DNA of 64,000 nucleotides from Eledone cirrhosa. Its lineage: Eukaryota. The stretch lies in the NCBI GenBank assembly GCA_964016885.1, contig OZ024750.1, forward strand, positions 21,080,001 to 21,144,000, given 5' to 3'. The position numbers and the translations under genes were made by a program. The notes under the pieces were generated by a model that saw only the letters and a program-made list of their open reading frames with translations, had not been told where the DNA came from and ran no database searches. This document shows, piece after piece, positions 58,516 to 64,000 of the stretch. Within the stretch, counting starts at the first letter, position 1. Each line of letters begins with the position of its first letter.

Positions 58516-59448
58516 GTCATCTTTGCCACATGCAACTTCTTTTCCTTTGAACAGAGGGTGCTAACACTGAAATATGAAATCCAATGTAAAATTATGGACT
58601 GTTATATTGTTTTGTTTGACTTATTCTGCAGGTATTTTTCCTAATTTATTTCCAATTCACATCGTATGGGCGTTCCGAACCTATTCCGAACCACACACAC
58701 ATAATACTGTTGTTTTTTGGTGGTAAACCCATACATAATCTTATAAAAACATATCAATTCCTACGCACTTTTTGGGGACTCACTTTAATTCTTAGCTATA
58801 TTCTTAGCTATATTCTTAGCTACATTTACATCATACAGAAACATGTATTATTGAGCAAAATTATACAATAATGAAATTATATTTTTAAGGCCTAAAATAA
58901 ACAGGGAGTGGGGGAAGATATAATAAAAAAGACTGGATAAGGCCAAGGGCATGGCACGAACAATTTGTTGACCATAAATTGACAGCTATGCTCCGTTTAC
59001 AAACTGGCGAAATCCCGCCTCGAATAACAGGCAGCTAAACCCGATGCAACCGCAATTCCATATCGTTTTACACTCTTTTTTCACTAAATTCACTCTGCAC
59101 TTACTTTAAAGAGAGGAATTAATTCATACTATAAAAGCATCCAAAGAAATAAACATTTTTTTTTTACTTTACTTAAAGCAAATTGTGATACAACCGGAAG
59201 AACACAGCAATAAACATCTTTTATATTTTTTCTTTCATGCAATAGATACATGGTACGATAATATTTCTTTCTAAATTTGCTACGAGACCAGCCGCTTTAG
59301 AGAAGAGGATAACCAATTATATCAACGCTCGTACTTAAATGGTGTTTCATTTTGAATGAACGTCAAAATTTACTTTGTTGGAAGTAATACTGCAAGGTAT
59401 TTGACCATTGCTCAAATGATCCTGATAATAAACCACCTTAATATTAAT

Positions 59449-59659
59449 GGTTTCTTATAAAAGCACAAGGCCAGCAATTTGGGGGGAGTCGATTAAATCG
59501 ACCCCACTGCGTGACTGGTACTTTATTTTATCGACCCCGTAAGGATGAAAGGCAAAGTTAACCTCGGCGGGATTTGAACTCAGATCATAAAGTGCCGTAA
59601 CTCTATGCTGCAAAGCATAACGTCCGGCACTCTACCGATATTGCCAATCCACCGCCCTC
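59449..59659 (-). mobile_element. SINE main family, long variant
   Basis: Reverse complement match including the head. Confidence 0.9.
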
Positions 59660-60096
59660 ACTAATAATAATAATAATGAATTCTATATAAGCTATAGAAG
59701 CTTACACATAAATATACATGTTTGGCTAGAGAGAGATTACATTACATCTGGGGCTGGAGGAACAAACCTATATAAAAACAATACACAGATTAATACAAAA
59801 CATTAAATAATTAAAGGTATTTAACATATGATATAAAACATACAGGTGGGAACCCACTAATCCAAACACACCAGAACTTTGCACATCCAGAATGAATTTT
59901 GTGAAATTCTCCATGTACCATATAACCCTCGGGTAGAGTGTTGACACTCTTTTGATTTCATTACTCTTAATCACTTTACTTATATTATTTTCACTACTAT
60001 TACTACTGCTACTATTTCTATTGATACTACCGCCACTGTTATGCAACTTTTACTAATACAAATGTCATTGCTAGTGATGCTGCTACCACCATGTAA

Positions 60097-60281
60097 ATTG
60101 GCAGTGGCAGTAGAGTGTCAGACACCATGTTTTGCAGCATGGAGTTATAGCCCTTTGCGTTCTGAGTTCAAATACCCCCGAGATTAACTTTGCCTGTCAT
60201 CCTTACGGTGTCGATAACATAAAGCACCAGTTATGCACTGGGGTATTTGCTAGCCTTGTGCCAAGAGTATAAACAATTATT
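60097..60281 (+). mobile_element. SINE main family, diverged
   Basis: Consensus match, followed by an (ACT)n-rich tract to about 60435. Confidence 0.82.
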
Positions 60282-60381
60282 ACTGTAAACATTACCCCTG
60301 CTACTACCACCACTATTATTGCTGTGATTATTACCACTACTACTACTACTAGTTCAAACATCACCATTACTACTACTACTA

Positions 60382-60414
<33 letters not shown>

Positions 60415-62227
60415 TTATTATTATTACTACTACTAATACGAACACTCCCTCTAATCTTAATAATATGCTACTACTTGTTAATGTAGTTGACAGAAATCAC
60501 CAACGTAATTTCCCCTTCTCTATCCAACTCTACACCTCCTCCATAAGAAACATGTTCTTTGCCTTTTTATTACTTTGAACTTCATTGAGTTAAATGTTTT
60601 CCTTGATTTCGTTGGCTTTCCTTCCGCATACCGTGCAGTGTAACGACCTCAAATCTTAAAATCAATAATATTAAGTTTATTTTATTTTTTTTAATTTGCA
60701 TATTATGTAATTACTTTAAGAAACTCGCTTTGTTGATGAGTAATGCATCTGTTTCAACAAAGGAATCAACAGAAATCAATTATTGTTAGCTGACCCTTTG
60801 GGAATTTTTCGATTTAATTAGAAACACCCACCAAGAATTAAAGATCAATATGACATTTTGCATGTTTTATTTATAAGTTATAAATACAAACAAATAAATA
60901 ATATATTCACCGCGGACTAAAAATATATTTCATTGTTGTCTCCTTCCACCCTTACTCTTTCTTGCTCTAATCGTGAGTTGATTAATATATTTTATAAAAT
61001 GAGATTGTTCAATGTCGCACAGGATGCTGAGCAATTCATATGAACTGGCATATAAATATGCATATTCCTACTGACGACGGAGCTTCTATTTGATCACTTG
61101 GCATAAGAAAAAAACAGCAGGCAAATTCCCAGCAATTAGAAATCCGAGTATGTTTTGTATCATAATCATTGCTCCATTTTCATAAGGAATTTACTGTAGA
61201 TTTAGTAAACACATTACAAAAGTTTCTTTAACTTTCTATCGCTCTTTCTTTCTTGAGGCATGTCTTCTTTCGTTCAGTAACAAAGGATTAATATTTCATC
61301 TGTAATTAATATATTACTTAACCCTTTTGATCTCAGCTCTGCCAAAATTTTCTTCTAAAGAAAACCACCTATTATAGACGAATCATTAACCTATATAGGT
61401 GTCATATGATCAATTAGTATCTAAGTAATGAAATAATTAATAATTTTAGTAAATACCTCAAACTTCTTTAGTATGTAATTGAAGAAGAGTGTGTTTCATT
61501 AGGGATAAGTTCACAAAAGAGTTAAATGTATTTCGACTGATGAAGTATATGCAAGTGGCTCCCGAGTGGGAACTGAAATCTTATCATTGATTCGTTGTTT
61601 TAGTCAGAGATAGTGAAACAATTCCTATCAATGTTGTATGCTACTAACTTTAGATAGTTACTGTAAATGGTCCGCGTTCATTAATAAAACACATATTGAA
61701 CCTGAAAAGAAGAGATTTATTATTACTCTTCTAATGTGCCTTGAGCAGTTAAACGATGATGGTGTGCCTTCTTATCTAGGGCTGAACTCTGCCATGTTTT
61801 CCACCTATGCTCCTAGCATAATCAGAACTAATAAACCTATATAAAAGCATTTTGTATCGCAATCTTCTGCTTCGGGCATTTCATCATTTAATGATGAATA
61901 AATATAAGAAAAATTAAATAATCTCGTAAATGTAGTGTCTAATTATGTCTTCTGAAAGCTTTGTAAAAGAACTTACATTTTGATCGTTCTTTTCCTCCAC
62001 TCCCCTACATACAAACGTGACGGTTTAATTTTTAGAGAATAATACTATCATACGTGGAAATTGCAGATATTTTGATTTGTATTTCAATTAGAATAGCAAT
62101 ATAATAAAACATAGGTACTATATACTGTAGCCAGTCTTTGTTATGACATTATGATACTCTATATATATGAATCAGTGTAGTTATTAATTGTACACTAATC
62201 TAGCATAATTATGATCATTAAATACGG

Positions 62228-62465
62228 ACTGAGTTCAAATCTCGCCGAGGTTAACTTTGCCTTTCATCTTTAAGGGGTCGATAGAATAAAGTACCAGTAA
62301 TACACTGGGATAATTGCTGGCCTTGTGCCAAATGTAGAAACAATTATGATAATTAAATATCGCCGAGGTTAACTTTGCCATTCATCCTTACCAGGTCGAT
62401 AAGATAAAGTACCAGTAATGCGCTGGGATAATCGGTGTCCCTGTGCCAAATGTAGAACTAATTAT
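62228..62465 (+). mobile_element. Two tandem 5'-truncated SINE copies
   Basis: 62228-62346 and 62361-62465. ATTATGAT(C/A)ATTAAATA flanks the first copy. Confidence 0.85.
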
Positions 62466-63217
62466 GAATATTTGAAAATAGATAAGTCATTGTCATTTAT
62501 TTTATGTGAAATATGGACATAAGACTAGGCGCGTGGTTTAATTGTAAGAGTATTCATCTTATGATCTTGAAGACATGAACTGTATTTAAACCGTGTATTG
62601 TGTCCTTGGGGGAATCGTTTTTTTTTTATGATGCTCCAGCCCACAGTTGGCGCAATTAAATGGAACTTATACCGGCAATTCAAAAACCAGATTTCTCACA
62701 CAATGTGTCTCGTAGACATTATCACCCTGAGAACTAAGATGGTAAGTGGTGGTACATGTTCCTATGGAATAATCAACCAGTTGTAAGTAGATTTCATGAT
62801 TATGCTTTTCTGATAGCGGAAACAATGGAGGTCATTCAAGGAAAAGACTATCATATAACGTGCTAGTGTTGACATACACTTGATCTACCTGATTAAGTTA
62901 AAGGTCCGTCAGTCACAGCTACAAACACTGCCAGTCTTGTTTTATATTGACCCCTTCCTGATATCTACGTTAAACTTAGGTAACAGCTACAAATCAGGTC
63001 AGCCACGTTGCATATCTTGCCACGTTGGACCTCTCTCTGTGAGAAGTACGTTAAGAATATACTTGTCTGTGGAATGCTCATGGAAACTTGTAAATTAATT
63101 TCACAATCTTTTATTCCCTTGATATGAAAAAAATGGAAGACTCCCTGAAAATAGACATGAACTAAGATCAGCCATTAATATTAGAACGTGGGTAGTGTAT
63201 CCGATATGAATTATAAA

Positions 63218-63410
63218 GGGCGGTGGGTTGGTAGTATCGGTAGAGTGTTGGACACCCTGCTTTGTCGCATAGAGTTACTGCCATTTACGTTCTGAGTTCA
63301 AAGTCCACCGAGGTTAACTTTGCCTTTCATCCTTACGGGGACGATAAAGTGAAACACCAGTAATGCACTAGGATAATTGCTGGCCTTGTCCTAAAACTAG
63401 ACACAGTTAT
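63218..63410 (+). mobile_element. SINE main family
   Basis: Full head-to-tail match. Confidence 0.88.
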
Positions 63411-63509
63411 TAATTATAAATCAATAACGCATAATAAAAATGATAAAACTTTATATATAAACGACACAATATATTTCCCTTGTCATTGGTTTTCTAATAT
63501 AGAAATAAG

Positions 63510-63810
63510 TGAAAGTGTAAGGATCGGATGTAAAGGGATTATGTCGCACGATTGATTTCTGGCAGCGTTGTGAGCATGAGCAAGACACTATAATCCGTGT
63601 TGCACCAGACGAACAGTTGATACATTACAAAAGTGAGCCGTACTTGTAAAGCAAATGGCCAGCATTGTCAAAAATCCTTTCTCAGCGTAATGGTACATTT
63701 CCCTCGCTGATCACGTTAATTGTGCAAGTTCGTGGAATGATCATCCACTTTTACATTAATTTCATGAGCACGATATTCTGACAGTTTTCATCAGAAACAG
63801 TGGTATCCCT
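63510..63810 (+). mobile_element. Old CORE-like SINE
   Basis: GTTGTGAGCATGAGCAAGACACTATAATCCGTGTTGCACCAG resembles the CORE-type 'TCCTTGAGCAAGACACTT' block. Confidence 0.5.
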
Positions 63811-64000
63811 ATAACTATACACCTGCTATAGACTGGAGTCATTTGTCTTATACATATTCTCGAGGAAAACTATGTTACGGGTATGCAGTTGTCATATGCA
63901 TAGCTAGTCATCTCACACACTGGATATCATTGATACATGCATGACGAGTACACGTAGCTGTGGATTGATCATTCATGAGCAAGTTGTTATTCCATTGATA

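Overview
This window is AT-rich, repeat-dominated animal DNA, intronic or intergenic. A coleoid cephalopod (Octopus-like) is inferred from repeat style only. No intact host gene is supported, and almost all ORFs in the track are (TA)n/(TG)n translation artefacts. Recognisable content: (1) more than 20 copies of one tRNA-headed SINE with ATT-rich tails, several with target-site duplications, plus older CORE-like SINE fragments; (2) a Chapaev3-type DNA transposon with CAC...GTG ends and a broken transposase; (3) decayed R4/Dong-type LINE, mariner and probable RTE remnants, and a small MITE. The main hidden structure is a set of five to six unrelated short non-coding element families embedded in (TA)n tracts. 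They carry type I hammerhead ribozyme motifs, mostly with a palindromic stem III, and three families occur as outward-facing fold-back duplications with a one-sided 3' tail. This matches the pseudo-LTRs of Penelope-like retroelements. One family has a U3-A8 covariant core (UUGAGAA), another has a ~100-nt stem II, and the tails share an ACTC...TTGAGT hairpin-like motif. All structures were read by eye, so coordinates may be off by a few bases.
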